A stretch of 62,917 nucleotides of DNA, counting the filler, from Octopus bimaculoides (taxonomy: Eukaryota): NCBI RefSeq assembly GCF_001194135.2. It is 5 parts of 4 records of this genome, joined end to end, with 100 filler letters (N's around TTAATTAATTAA, not from the genome) between each part and the next. Parts side by side here need not be neighbours in the genome. Positions count along the whole stretch, not along the records: positions 18,864 to 39,109 come from NC_068987.1; positions 39,210 to 48,452 come from NC_069002.1; 3 more parts are not named here. One strand, given 5' to 3'. The notes beneath the pieces are model-generated. The model was given only the letters and a program-made list of their open reading frames with translations, was not told the origin of the DNA and ran no database searches. Shown here piece after piece: positions 26,515 to 40,452 of this stretch; the stretch's first letter is position 1, and each line of letters opens with the position of its first letter. The position numbers and the translations under genes were made by a program.

Positions 26515-26656
26515 ATGATAAATTCATTGGTTAAGTTCTGTGAACTTGCTTCTGCTTTGATATTTCTGCTTCTGTTGACGAGAAATGCGCCTCAGTCAGT
26601 GACGGCAAGTCGTCCGCCACCGTTAACACGCACCACACGACTTTATAACTTTGACG
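26515..26656 (+). CDS. Candidate first coding exon encoding a signal peptide ([47 protein letters not shown]), phase-1 donor
   Basis: ATG with A at -3; hydrophobic core [11 protein letters not shown] and a V-x-A cleavage-like site; CpG-rich island amid microsatellites; donor G|GTAGGT at 26657. Downstream exons not established. Confidence 0.45.
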
Positions 26657-27865
26657 GTAGGTGACAATTCGTTGTTTTCTTTTACTGAGTTACTGTAGAG
26701 TTTGTATGTATGTGTGTGTGTGTGTGTGTATGTATGGGTATGCGTCTATTTGTAAGTGTATGCATGTTTGTCACAGTTTCTAGCATGTGTTAGTGTTTAT
26801 GTAGTATCTGCTTGTTAGTTTGAGTTTGGTTGTAAGGATGTGTGTGTGTGTATCTATTATTCTAGGTGTATGTATATATGTCGTAGAGTATGATTATTAT
26901 TATACATGCTTTTTTTACACGTTTATGTTTGCTTTTGAAGTGTTGTGTACTTGTGTATGCCTGCATAGGTGAGCTGTGCTCTGTACTTTTTAGAGTACTT
27001 CTGGCGGTGCCGTGTTGTGTGTTTATTCATAGTACTTCTGTGGTGATGCTAGTTCAGTGTAATCGTTATAGTTATTCTCTGTGTGCGCGCATGTGTGTGT
27101 GTGTGTGTGTGTTTGAGTATGTGTGCGCGCATGTGTGTGTGTGTGTGTGTGTTTGAGTATGTGTGCGCGCATGTGTGTGTGTGTTGTGCATTTGTAGGAA
27201 AGCGGTGGAATTTGTGTTGCATGGCTTGTATACTGTATTATGTTGTGTGGTAGTTGTAAAATACGTTGGACTGTTGGCTATGCTGCTATACATTGCACGT
27301 GAGTTGTGTGGAGTTTATGTCGTGTTGTTGGTTAGTTTGTTATATGACATTATGTGATAGCTTTGTAGGTAACCTGTTGATTGTTACGTTATATAACCTG
27401 TTGTGTAGTGCGTGTGTTCTGGATCGTGGTTCACTGGTATTTCCTTGATGGTATCTTGTGAGTTCACTGTTGGGTAGTTGTGAGTAGTTGTGTAAGATTA
27501 TTTGGTGAATGTGTCGAACCTCTGAAAGACTGTATGATGGTGTACTAGTTGTTTGTTATTGTTTTTGCAATTGTTATTGTTTTTTATGTTGTATGATGGT
27601 ATGTTTGCTGTATTATTGTGTTGTGACATTTTTGTTGCACGGCAAAAATTATCTTTGTGGTATGTAATATTAGTTGTGGTGTTGGGTTCTTTTATTGATT
27701 TATCTGTTTCTTAGTTTGTCTTGTGCTTTTGTTTACAAACACTATACACTCATTTCCTGTTTACCTGTCTGTCTGTCTCTCTATATGTCTGTCTGTCTCT
27801 CTATATGTCTGTCTGTTTTCTGACTCTCTGTCTGTCCGTCTCTGTTTATCTATATATCTGTCTGT

Positions 27866-27940
<75 letters not shown>

Positions 27941-28125
27941 CTTACCGAANNNNNNNNNNNNNNNNNNNNNNNNNNNNNNNNNNNNNNNNNNNNNNNNNNN
28001 NNNNNNNNNNNNNNNNNNNNNNNNNNNNNNNNNNNNNNNNNNNNNNNNNNNNNNNNNNNNNNNNNNNNNNNNNNNNNNNNNNNNNNNNNNNNNNNNNNNN
28101 NNNNNNNNNNNATATATCTGTCTGT

Positions 28126-28200
<75 letters not shown>

Positions 28201-28344
28201 CTTACCGAATTATCTATCATTAATCCTTTACCTAATGTATTGAGTACTACATCATCTAATGTTTTAACGTTCAGTTACGCCCATTCGTGTCAAAAATCTT
28301 TACATTAGTCTGCGTATGTGTGTGTGTGTGTATGTGTGTGTGTA

Positions 28345-28380
<36 letters not shown>

Positions 28381-28586
28381 TGTGAGAGAGAGAGAGTGAG
28401 AGAGAGAGAGGGTGAGAGAGAGAGAGAGAGTGAATAATTGAGTGTATGTGTGAGTATATATGAATGTGTTTCTATGCATATACATATACCTATAAATCGA
28501 AATATCTACATCTATCTATCAATCTGTCTGTCTGTCTGTCTGTCTGCTTGTTTGTCTGTATGTATGTATGTATGTATGTATGTATG

Positions 28587-28638
<52 letters not shown>

Positions 28639-28652
28639 ACTATCTATCTATC

Positions 28653-28712
<60 letters not shown>

Positions 28713-31297
28713 CACACACACACATATACATATATATATACTCAATCCAAACGTGAGCAAGAAAAAACACGAAGAAACAACAACGCGAGGACGTGGAATA
28801 AGTACAGGAAAGGAAAGAAAACAAAGGGGATTTCATGTTTCGAGCGAAGCTCTTCGTCAGAAATATAGAAAAAGTCCAAAGAAGGGAAGACGAAGAAAGA
28901 AAATCGCAATTCTTTCTTTCACTGTTTTACTTGATTCAGTCATTTGACTGCGGTCATGCTGGAGCACCGCTTTTTAGTCAAAGAAAACAACCCCAGGACT
29001 TATTCTTTGTAAACCCGGTACTTATTCTATCGGTCTCTTTTGCCGAACCGCTAAGTNNNNNNNNNNNNNNNNNNNNNNNNNNNNNNNNNNNNNNNNNNNN
29101 NNNNNNNNNNNNNNNNNNNNNNNNNNNNNNNNNNNNNNNNNNNNNNNNNNNNNNNNNNNNNNNNNNNNNNNNNNNNNNNNNNNNNNNNNNNNNNNNNNNN
29201 NNNNNNNNNNNNNNNNNNNNNNNNNNNNNNNNNNNNNNNNNNNNNNNNNNNNNNNNNNNNNNNNNNNNNNNNNNNNNNNNNNNNNNNNNNNNNNNNNNNN
29301 NNNNNNNNNNNNNNNNNNNNNNNNNNNNNNNNNNNNNNNNNNNNNNNNNNNNNNNNNNNNNNNNNNNNNNNNNNNNNNNNNNNNNNNNNNNNNNNNNNNN
29401 NNNNNNNNNNNNNNNNNNNNNNNNNNNNNNNNNNNNNNNNNNNNNNNNNNNNNNNNNNNNNNNNNNNNNNNNNNNNNNNNNNNNNNNNNNNNNNNNNNNN
29501 NNNNNNNNNNNNNNNNNNNNNNNNNNNNNNNNNNNNNNNNNNNNNNNNNNNNNNNNNNNNNNNNNNNNNNNNNNNNNNNNNNNNNNNNNNNNNNNNNNNN
29601 NNNNNNNNNNNNNNNNNNNNNNNNNNNNNNNNNNNNNNNNNNNNNNNNNNNNNNNNNNNNNNNNNNNNNNNNNNNNNNNNNNNNNNNNNNNNNNNNNNNN
29701 NNNNNNNNNNNNNNNNNNNNNNNNNNNNNNNNNNNNNNNNNNNNNNNNNNNNNNNNNNNNNNNNNNNNNNNNNNNTATATATATATATATATATGTATAT
29801 GTACGTACATACAAAGACTGAGCAGACTGTCAACTTTCGGCGTAATAAGCATATTAAATCATTCTACACAACGTTCGAGTTGTACATCAGATGTTTGTCC
29901 ATCATAAGATATATTTTTACTATTCTTTACAACTTTTGCATTACTAAGACTCTCTATATATGTACATGCATACGCAGATATATACACATTGATATGTATG
30001 TATATATATATATGTGTGTGTAAATATATATATGCACACACACACACACACACACCACACATACAAACACAAACATCGAGTAGGAGTGGGGTAATAATGT
30101 TTCGTTAGTGATGAATAAAAGCTATGATGACTGTGAACTGTATCAAATGAAAGACGATTTCGTTTCTCGGCTGCGTCACTTCCTCAACAGTTATGTCCCA
30201 GTCTCCATCTCAACATTCCGTGTCACATCAATGGAACTTACACATCATACATAGTGATATCCCAAAACTTCATAAACAATTGTCAAATTCTGTTATGATT
30301 TGGTGAATGTTTGTGGTGATGGTGATGGTGTTGGTGGTGGTAGTTTTAGTGATGAAGATAGTGATGATGTAGGGGTGGTGACATTAGTAATGGAGTTAAT
30401 AGGTAGTTGCGGTGTTGTTGGTCGGATGGTGCTGTAGAGCTTGGGTGGTGGCGCGTCGCTAGTAATGGTGCGATGGTAGTGATTGCAGTAGTGGAAGTGA
30501 TGCTGGTGCTGGTGGTAGTATAGATGGAAATGGTGGTAGTGATAGTGATGGTTGTGGTGATGATAGCGGTGGTGGTGGTGGTAGTGATATCGTGTTTGTT
30601 GTTTGTAGTAATAGTTGTAGTGGTGATGGTAATTATGGTAGAGGTGGTGGTGGTTGTGGTGGCAGTGATGGTGGTGACAGTACAGAGGCTGATGCTGACA
30701 AGCGCTGTTGTGTTATTGGACGCTCAGGAAAGGAAAGAAAAGAAAGAAAAGCTGTTAAAATGAATCTGTCCTTTCTAATTTCGATTCCCGGTTGAAGTAC
30801 TTACATTTCACTTAAGGTTTTTAATTCCCTCGGGGTCAAATGTAGAAATGTTACGTTATCCGTCACTTTGTTGGAAACGATGAACAATGCTTGGATAGGA
30901 GGTTAGCAATCAGGCAAGATTGCTTTCGTATCTTGCTTTCGACACTTTCTGCTTTGGGGATCAAGATACTCCGTTTTCAACAGAAAAGTACAAAAGCAAC
31001 AACTAGCAACCGTGGGTGGTGCATATCATCTCCGGTGGTTATTGCTTAGCTCTAGATCAGATATGATCCGGTAGAATTATGATAAAAAGTGTCACAGCTC
31101 TGACAGTCTCTCCTTTATTTATATATAATCTACCGAGGATTACATTAAAATGTTAGGGTGTGGTTTATGAGCGATTTGGCAGCTATTTCTAACAGGCTCC
31201 ATCATTGTTTAAAGCTTTAAGCAACGGCAACACTAAAATCTATGCATGTTCTACCAGCTTGAAGTTATTATTATGATGATCATCATCATCATCACCA

Positions 31298-32700
31298 TCT
31301 TCTTCCTACTACTGAAACACCAATCGTCAAGATGTTCCTTTCCAGATACTCTTCAGTTGAGTAATCATCACTGGTTCCTAAACTTTCGTCACTCGGAAAT
31401 CTGCTACCGTGTTGAAACCTGCCTAGACGTTGATGTTGTCAGACTAGGATTTTCTGTTTCGTTTTCCTATAACTGTGACCAGGAGCATGGGTTTTGGTCA
31501 GTGAATCTTACCAGACATATGCCCAAATTAATTGAATTTCGACACTTCACTGTTTCCGTCAGCTAGCATATTTAGCGACCTACTACTGGAAATAACATTT
31601 TCTCTTTTTTCTTTGCACGAGATACGTATCAGTCTTCTGAAGTACTTATACTTGAACACCTTGATTCTACATTCGGTGTCTGCTTTGAGTGTTCGGTTTT
31701 CATATCTATACAGGAAGATCGGAGTCACTAGGGACTAAAACAGTATAAGTTTCGTCGGAAAACTGTTGGATTTGCTTTTCCATATGACATTCAGTTTTGT
31801 CATTACAGATGATACTATGCTAGGCTGAGCTTTCAATTCTTTTAATGAGCTGCCAGCCTTGCTCAAAGTAGATTCGAGATATTTAAAATTTAATGTTTGC
31901 ATTAATGTTTGCTGATGTGTTCTGGTTGTGGTTATTGATCAGAATCTTGAACTTTTCCAATCTGACCTCCATTGCGTACGCTTTTGATGCTGTTTCTAGT
32001 CTGATGGTGAGTTCCTGGAGTTCTGTTTTGCTGCCTCCTATTAGGTCGATATCAGGAAACAGCAGCGGTCCTCCGATGGAAATGGAGATGTGGAGGTCAT
32101 ATACTGTCTCCTACATGACATTTTCCGGGAGGTTTTATGAGGGATCAGTGTATTGACTAGGATAAAATTGTTGCAGTCCCCTATTGTTTATATCTTCAAT
32201 CCTGAACTACCCTGCTGTCTCTGCTTTAATTTAGCATTCTCGTCTCTCAAGACAATAAAGACATGTTTCTTTGGAGATGATGATTTTCTGTAAGTAGTTA
32301 GAAAACTCTTTAACTCCATCATCGTTATATTCAAGTATTGGATTACAGACTTCAATATTGATAATGTTTTGGTGTTTCTCAGGACGATGCTGGCGACCAG
32401 TGTGCAGCCGATGACTGAATTTATTCTGTTCTTGTTGACGATGTTGTTGTTTGGTGTCATCTCCGCTGGACTACAATTTATAGCCTACGTTTTGTAGTTA
32501 CTTCTCCAAATCCAGTCAAGATGACTTGACTTCAACCATTCCTAACACGTCCCATATGTTCTTGGCGTGTTCATGAATAGTTTCTTCTTTCTATATTCAG
32601 AATTTGGAAGGTCTATATCCAAAAGACAATGTTTTCTTCGGGGAGCTTGATGGTTGCCTCCGTTAGTATTTTTGTAATTGTCACTTTGATTGCCTCCACT
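31298..32700 (-). mobile_element. RTE-clade LINE remnant with a large internal deletion
   Basis: Minus frames show AP-endonuclease remnants (NKNRINSVIGC; IVLRDENAK, a degenerate GDFNAK) joined near 32165 to the RT C-half (DIDLIGGSKTELQELTIRLETASKAYAMEV; TLKADTECRIKVF); (CAT)n tail at about 31278-31297. Confidence 0.75.
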
Positions 32701-33342
32701 CAGGGAATTTACGATGGAAAACACTGTCGTTGTTTATCCAGCTCGACCGATTTTCACTGTGTGTTCATCATGGCATTTCCGCGAGCTAAAGAAATGATTA
32801 GGAACGCCTATCGCATCTCCAAGTGAAATTGGATGGATTGTACCCGTGTCACATTGATTATGTCCAAGAATTATGTTATGGTTACATGTGTCTATAGAAT
32901 ACCCAACCACTATTACACATGCTAATTTTTTAAGCAATGGAAAACCATATGGTTGTGCAAGTGTATAAATACATAATACATACATACATATGCACACATA
33001 AATACATACGTGTATATACACCCTCAGGCACAAACAGACATTTGTATATGACGTGTTTGTGTTGTTGCTTATGTCGTATCCCTTTATGTCACGTAACTTA
33101 GCGCTTTGACAAATCGATATCAATGAGATATGTACCAGGGACGATATGAGGTTAGTACTCTAGCATGGTCGTAGTCCAAAACAAAGTAGGAAGACAATCA
33201 TTAAACTTGATGCTGCTGTTGCTGTTGCTGTTGCTTACTGCTGTTCCTGTCGTGCTGGTAATCTAACTCGCGATCAGACATGATCAATCTGACCTATTAA
33301 TGATCAAACATGTTCCATGCAAATATTTTGGATAATTTAGAG

Positions 33343-33584
33343 CAGCGGTCATCAACCTTTATTGCAGACTGGTATCATGCAAGAAAAAGTTTTGTAGGGA
33401 CGGCGGGATCACGCGCATAACAAAACACAGTAAAGTGCAAAATGTATCATTTAACTATTATAAATATAATACAAACACATTCTGCAGACTGCGATAGAGA
33501 ATAAAATAGAAATAAAATTTTAAAATTCAATTTTTGTGAGCTGTCCGGTACCAAATGATTCACAGCTCAGTGGTTGGGGAACTG
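33343..33584. mobile_element. hAT (Charlie-type) MITE
   Basis: Ends CAGCGGTCATCAACC and GGTTGGGGAACTG; 8-bp flanks ATTTAGAG and GTTTAAAT resemble the nTCTAGAn target but match each other at only 5/8. Confidence 0.5.
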
Positions 33585-35013
33585 GTTTAAATGATGGTAG
33601 TGTATAACAAATTTTAAGATATAGTTAATATCATCTGTAGTTAGAGTAAAGATTTATCACACCAAAGACTAAAGACTTGTTGCACCAGATGTTTTAATTG
33701 ACGTATTACTGTTGACTCTAACTAAAACAATGTTAACATTATGATAAACTCTAAACTGAATAGTTATATAAAGTTAGCTCAATTAAAGTGATACTAAATG
33801 CAATAAAGATATTTATCACAAGCACAAGCCCACTCATTTGTCAGAAGACTGGATCATGCCAAGTACATGATTAGTCGTGATTTCATCGTCCTCTGAAGAA
33901 CGAAGCGCAAAGTTATCCTCGGACGATTTGAACTCAGAACGTATGAGGACTTAACGAAATACTTTGTTCAACACTCTTTTACTTTTGTCATCCATTGTTC
34001 AAATAATGTTAACCTTAATATGTCATGACAAATGTTTTGAGGGCAAATATTGCTAAATCGAAATAATATTGATAAACAGAATGAGTAACTTAACACATGC
34101 AAGGTTGGAGTTAAACTAATTGTAGTTTGCTCGAATTATATTAGTCTCAGTAAAGTTAATCCGAATTATATTAATCTAAGTGATGGTAGTCAGAATGACA
34201 TTAAACTTGACGAGATTATCTCGAATGAGGTTGTCGTATAATATCACTTCGAATAGTCCAAATGTTGATTATTTTAAATAATATTCAAGATGAAGATATA
34301 GTTAAATCCAAATATATCATTTCAGCTGACTGTAACATGGATGAAATAAGCGGAAAATAATGTTAGTAAGAATGATGTTATAAAAGATGTTAGCTCATGT
34401 AACTTACAGGCGCCAGTCTATCACACTGGTTGCTGGTTGTTGTAAAAATAACCAGAAATGATAGGGATAAGGGCGATTGTAGAGTGAGACAGGGGCAGGA
34501 GCAACTGCTTGGGGCACATGATTGATCTGGTTGCTTATAAATAATATTTCAAAATATTTTGATTAGATAGTAGGATATGTCATACAAAACTGACCAAGTA
34601 GCTAACTAAACAGCATAATTCAAGTCTAATATTTTGTAAGTTAAAATACTGTTATAGTACAATAATTCCTCTCTAGTAGTGATGCAAACGGGTCAACTGA
34701 TTAATCAGTCAATAAGTCATTAGTCAATATCTTATTTAAAAAATTATGATACACTAACGTTAGCTATATACATGTATGTAGAGGGGGAGAAATTCTCTCA
34801 CAACTACTACTACTACCTGTATCTTACTGTTTTACTACACCTCCCCAACACCCTATCTCCCTTATTCCCTCTTTGTCACCTTTTTTCAGTACTTTTCCCA
34901 ACATACTCTTGAGTTATTTGCTTTCATTATCACACTCTTTGTCTCTTCCACTCTGTTCCTTTCCCTCACTCTTTTTCTCTTTCCACACACCAAGAAGTTA
35001 GTCAGTTTTCTCT

Positions 35014-35047
<34 letters not shown>

Positions 35048-36841
35048 CACACACACACACTCTCTCTCTCTCGCACACACACACACTCTTTCTCTCTCTC
35101 GCACCCACACACACGCTCTCTCTCTCGCACACACACACACACACACTCTTTCTCTCTCTCTCTTTCTTTCTCATATACAAAGCAATGCTTATTTATTATA
35201 AGATATCCCTTAATCAACTCAATGTTTCTGTGGGCCTGACAGCAATACCTTTATTAATGCAATCATCTTCACTAAGAATTATATTTGTAGCGATTCTTTT
35301 TCACTGTTGACATATTGGTTTCATTATTTTGTTAGATGCATTATTTAAGTCAATCAGAAAGTAGACGTCTGTGGTAAATTTCTAGCTGTTTATTCAGAAT
35401 ATACGACTGGGTATTTGGACATTTTGCTTGACACCAGACAGATCTAGCAGTTGACCGGCCGAGTATTTTTTCACACAAACACATAAGAAGAGACAACACA
35501 GAACAGAATCGTATCTCAGCTGTCATAAAACATGAAACGCTTTAGATTAAATGAGCAATCTTTTGGCAAAGGCTATTTCTATCTATTTAATTACACGCAT
35601 GTTAACCTGATTTTCCTGTACTTCTGTGACATGATTTATTAGCACACGTGTGACACTAAAACTTATTCAAAAACATTGAACACTGAAACCTAAGACGAGA
35701 AATAAAGTAACAGAAGCTTTTAAATAATGCCCTCTTTCAGACGAATAGTCATGTACTCCATCTGCTTCTACATTCTTGCTCTCATTACCATGCGCTATAT
35801 GGTATTTTAGGCAAAAGTTTTACCACTGTTGATAGTGATGTAGGTAAAACTGAAATCTTAATCGAAAATCTGCGGAAACTGCAATGTCAATTTTATATAC
35901 TGCTAACAGAATCAAAATATGTCACTAAAAGTTTGCAACTGGAAAAGAAACTATAAACAAATGAAGAAACGGAAAACACATTTTGAAGAGAAGCGTCATG
36001 GAACCTGATACAAATACAGAATCATTATTTTGAACATCTGTATTTTATAACATTGCCAATTCTGGTGTTGATGGTCTCATAAGAAAATTTAAAGGTGCTA
36101 AGAAACTTTCCGATATAGTTTTATTCTTATGGCAATATCTATCAATCTATATCGGAAAATCTTTTGACCATAGAGTGTGTGTCTCATTTGCAGAAAGTTA
36201 TATTGCTGACAATGACATAAACATTATGATCGATACATTATAGCAACAATGGCAAACTGTAAGTTAACTCCATACAATCACTGCATAGACAAACATAGAA
36301 CTACAAGATGGAAAACATCGTTCCATGACTTTGTGCATCACTCCCGACTTTACTCATCATACCTGTAACGGTATCTTCGCCAGGACGTTTAATCAGTGGT
36401 AAAAAGAAAAAAAAAAAAACTAAGTGCAAATATGCGACAAGATCATTTGGTAGTCTTAACTCGGCATCGAATCGGAACTTTATCGAACTATTTAGAACAT
36501 TTGTACATGAACGATCTTCGCAGTGTTTCTAAAAAAGGGAAAACACTGTTAGTCATAATATTTGGTAATAAGTAGACAATTACAATTAAGCTATTTTTGG
36601 TTTCGGTAATGAGTGAGGGGTTCCTAAACAGTCTTCCGTAGAGTATATCTCTTTCTCTCGACGGACATATTCAGCTGTATGTGATACAAAGCAAAGTTTT
36701 AAGAAGAATGCCGATTTACGAATATGAAAAACAAACTTTTACTATTATACAAAGGCTAAATATGTATTTATTATACATTTGGTAAACTATTTTCACATTT
36801 ACATTTATCCATAACTACGCTATGTTGCTACTTCTGATATA

Positions 36842-37735
<894 letters not shown>

Positions 37736-39209
37736 TATAATCCCAGCAATCAACGTTGTACTATTATATAATGACTCTATAATAGTCAGAGCTTGTTACA
37801 TTCTTTATAAGATATCTTCTTAATTCGGACTGTTGAAAGTCGAGATAACTGATCCTTAATGATGCTTTAATAACGTTGAAACTACGTTTTTTTATCTTTT
37901 TTAGTTTTTTACTTGTTTAATTCGACTGCGACCACGCTGAGGGTACCACCTGAAGAATGTTTTAATCGAATGAATCGACTGCAGTGCTTAATTATTTTGT
38001 TAAGCTTGGTACTCATCCTCTCGGTCTCCTTTTGTCGAACCGCTACATTACGAGGATGTAAATACACCAACACCAGTTACTTACTTTCCACTGTTTGGCA
38101 GTATTGTTTCAGTCATCAAAGAAAATATTTTCAAAGCGATAACATAACTTTTACATTGTCTGCTGGGTCATAGTTACTATGTATCTCTCTATGTATTTTT
38201 TACCATTCGTACAGAAGTATATTCTGTAACTATGATTCAGCAGACATAAGTACTACAATGTCAAAGTGACAACAAAACGGCTACTTAATTTGAAGAAAGC
38301 CTTCTAGGAAATGCTGGTCACGTGGAGTTCGTTACGCGAAAAAATTCTTGCGGTGAATTGGAGGATCGTTAGAGCGTTGGTTAGAAAGCTACCGGTATTT
38401 GTTCCCGCTCTTTGCGCTCTGAGTTCAAATCTCACCGAAGTCGATTTTACCTTTCGGGATCTGTATAAAAGTACCAATCCAGAACAATGGTTTAGCGGAA
38501 CTGTAAGAACGTGGGATATCTTCTTTAATCTTTTACTTGTTTCAGTCATTAGACTGCAGCCCTGCTGGGTCACCGCTTGAAGAATTTTTAGTCGAATGAA
38601 TCGACCCCAGTCACTTTATATTTTTCATTTTTTAAGCCTATCTATCGATTTCTTTCACCAAACCGCTAGTTTTTGGGGATGTAGACACACTAACACCGGT
38701 TGTCAAGCAGTACTGAGGGATAAAAACAGAAACAAAGACACACACACACACACAGAGGCTTCTTTCAGTTTCCGTCGACCAAATTCACTCACAAGGCTTT
38801 GGTCGGCCCGCGGCCATAGAAGAAGACGCTTGTACAAGGTGTCACACAGCGGGACTGGACTCGGAACTATTTGTTTGGGAAGCAAGCTTCTTATTACGCA
38901 GCGGCGACTGCGCCTAAGGTGCTTTGTGGTATGTTCCCAGCTTCTTGCGTTCTGAGAACAAATCTTGTCATGCCCTTTACGCATGGCAGATTTCATCTAT
39001 CACCCAAGTTGCTCCACCTAGCAACTTGGGTTCATTCGTGCCACCTCTCCAGTTTGAAGATACTTTCATCTCTACCATCCTGTAAAAGGTCACAAGCCAC
39101 TTGCCTATANNNNNNNNNNNNNNNNNNNNNNNNNNNNNNNNNNNNNNNNNNNNTTAATTAATTAANNNNNNNNNNNNNNNNNNNNNNNNNNNNNNNNNNN
39201 NNNNNNNNN

Positions 39210-39292
<83 letters not shown>

Positions 39293-39427
39293 AATTAAGA
39301 AGCAAAAGAGAGTGATAGGAGTAACAAAAGGGAGAGAGAAAGAGAAATGCTGAGAGATATGTGTAGTACATTTAAGTGGGGAAACTGTGACAGTCAAAGT
39401 GAGTGTATGTTTGTGTGTGTATGTGTA

Positions 39428-39462
<35 letters not shown>

Positions 39463-40270
39463 GCAGAGAGAGGGGGCAGAGAGGTGAGGAGAGAACATTA
39501 CTAAGTAGGTAGACAATTAGACAGATATCTAGTTGACACTATTTAGAAGAGGAAAAAAATCATCAAAGTAGGAAATTGGATGTAGGTTCTATCTACGCAT
39601 TCGCGTAGAAGTATGAGTGTGGATATGCGTGTTTGTGTACAGATATACATATGGATATGTGTTTGCTTCTACAGAGATACAATATGTACCAGGCTCGTCT
39701 CTCCTTCTTTCACACACACGCATACTTTATTGTCTATATTTTATCGCTGTCCTGGATCACAATATCAAGTTGTATATATACCAATATATATATATTTTAT
39801 CTTTTACATTTTTTTTAGTCATTAGACTGCAGCCATGCTGATGTACCGTCCTGAAGAATTTTAGATCCCAGTGCTTATAGTTATTTTTTAAAGCCTGGAA
39901 CTTATTCTATCGTACCAGGTTAATTTACGGAGACGTAAATACACCAGCATCGGTCGTCAAGCAGTGATAGGGAACAAACGCAGATACAAAGACATCCACA
40001 TACTCTTACGCATATATGACGGGATTCTATCAGTTTCTGTTAATTCGAAACAGAGACCTAAAATATATTCATTTCTCCCAACAATTTACGAAACTTCATC
40101 CTCAAACCCCTCTTCACAAAATAACAGTATGTAAACGATAGTATTATTGAAGAAACACCTTAACATTTCGTTAAATCCGGGATTTAAGTAAAAACGCATT
40201 CATTATACTTTAATTTTAGAAAATTACTATTTTTAAATCTCACAACGAGAGATATTCAGCAACAGTGCTT

Positions 40271-40452
40271 TGGAGTAAAGATTGTTTGCCAACATAACAT
40301 GGTAGTCCTGGTTTTGAACTAACGTTGCTGTAGCCCCAGGAGACACCGTGTCGTATAGCCAGCTGGAGACGATGTTTCTTGGGGCTAAATTACAGCAACA
40401 TTCGTCCTAAACCAGGACTGCCATGTTATGTTGGCAAATAGTCTTTACTCCA
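40271..40452. repeat. Fold-back inverted repeat (~80-bp arms, ~18-nt loop)
   Basis: TGGAGTAAAG..TTTGCCAACATAACATGG.AGTCCTGGTTT pairs with AAACCAGGACTGCCATGTTATGTTGGCAAA..CTTTACTCCA; one 5-nt bulge. Confidence 0.9.

Noticed and set aside
23292-30062. Many 60-330-aa ORFs of YI, LS, RE, CV and X repeats (also 41206-47600 and 53824-54906)
   Set aside because: Translations of microsatellites and N gaps.
30524-30795. Val-rich membrane-like and Gly-rich ORFs
   Set aside because: Degenerate (GGT/GAT/AGT)n tract with no splice or domain support.
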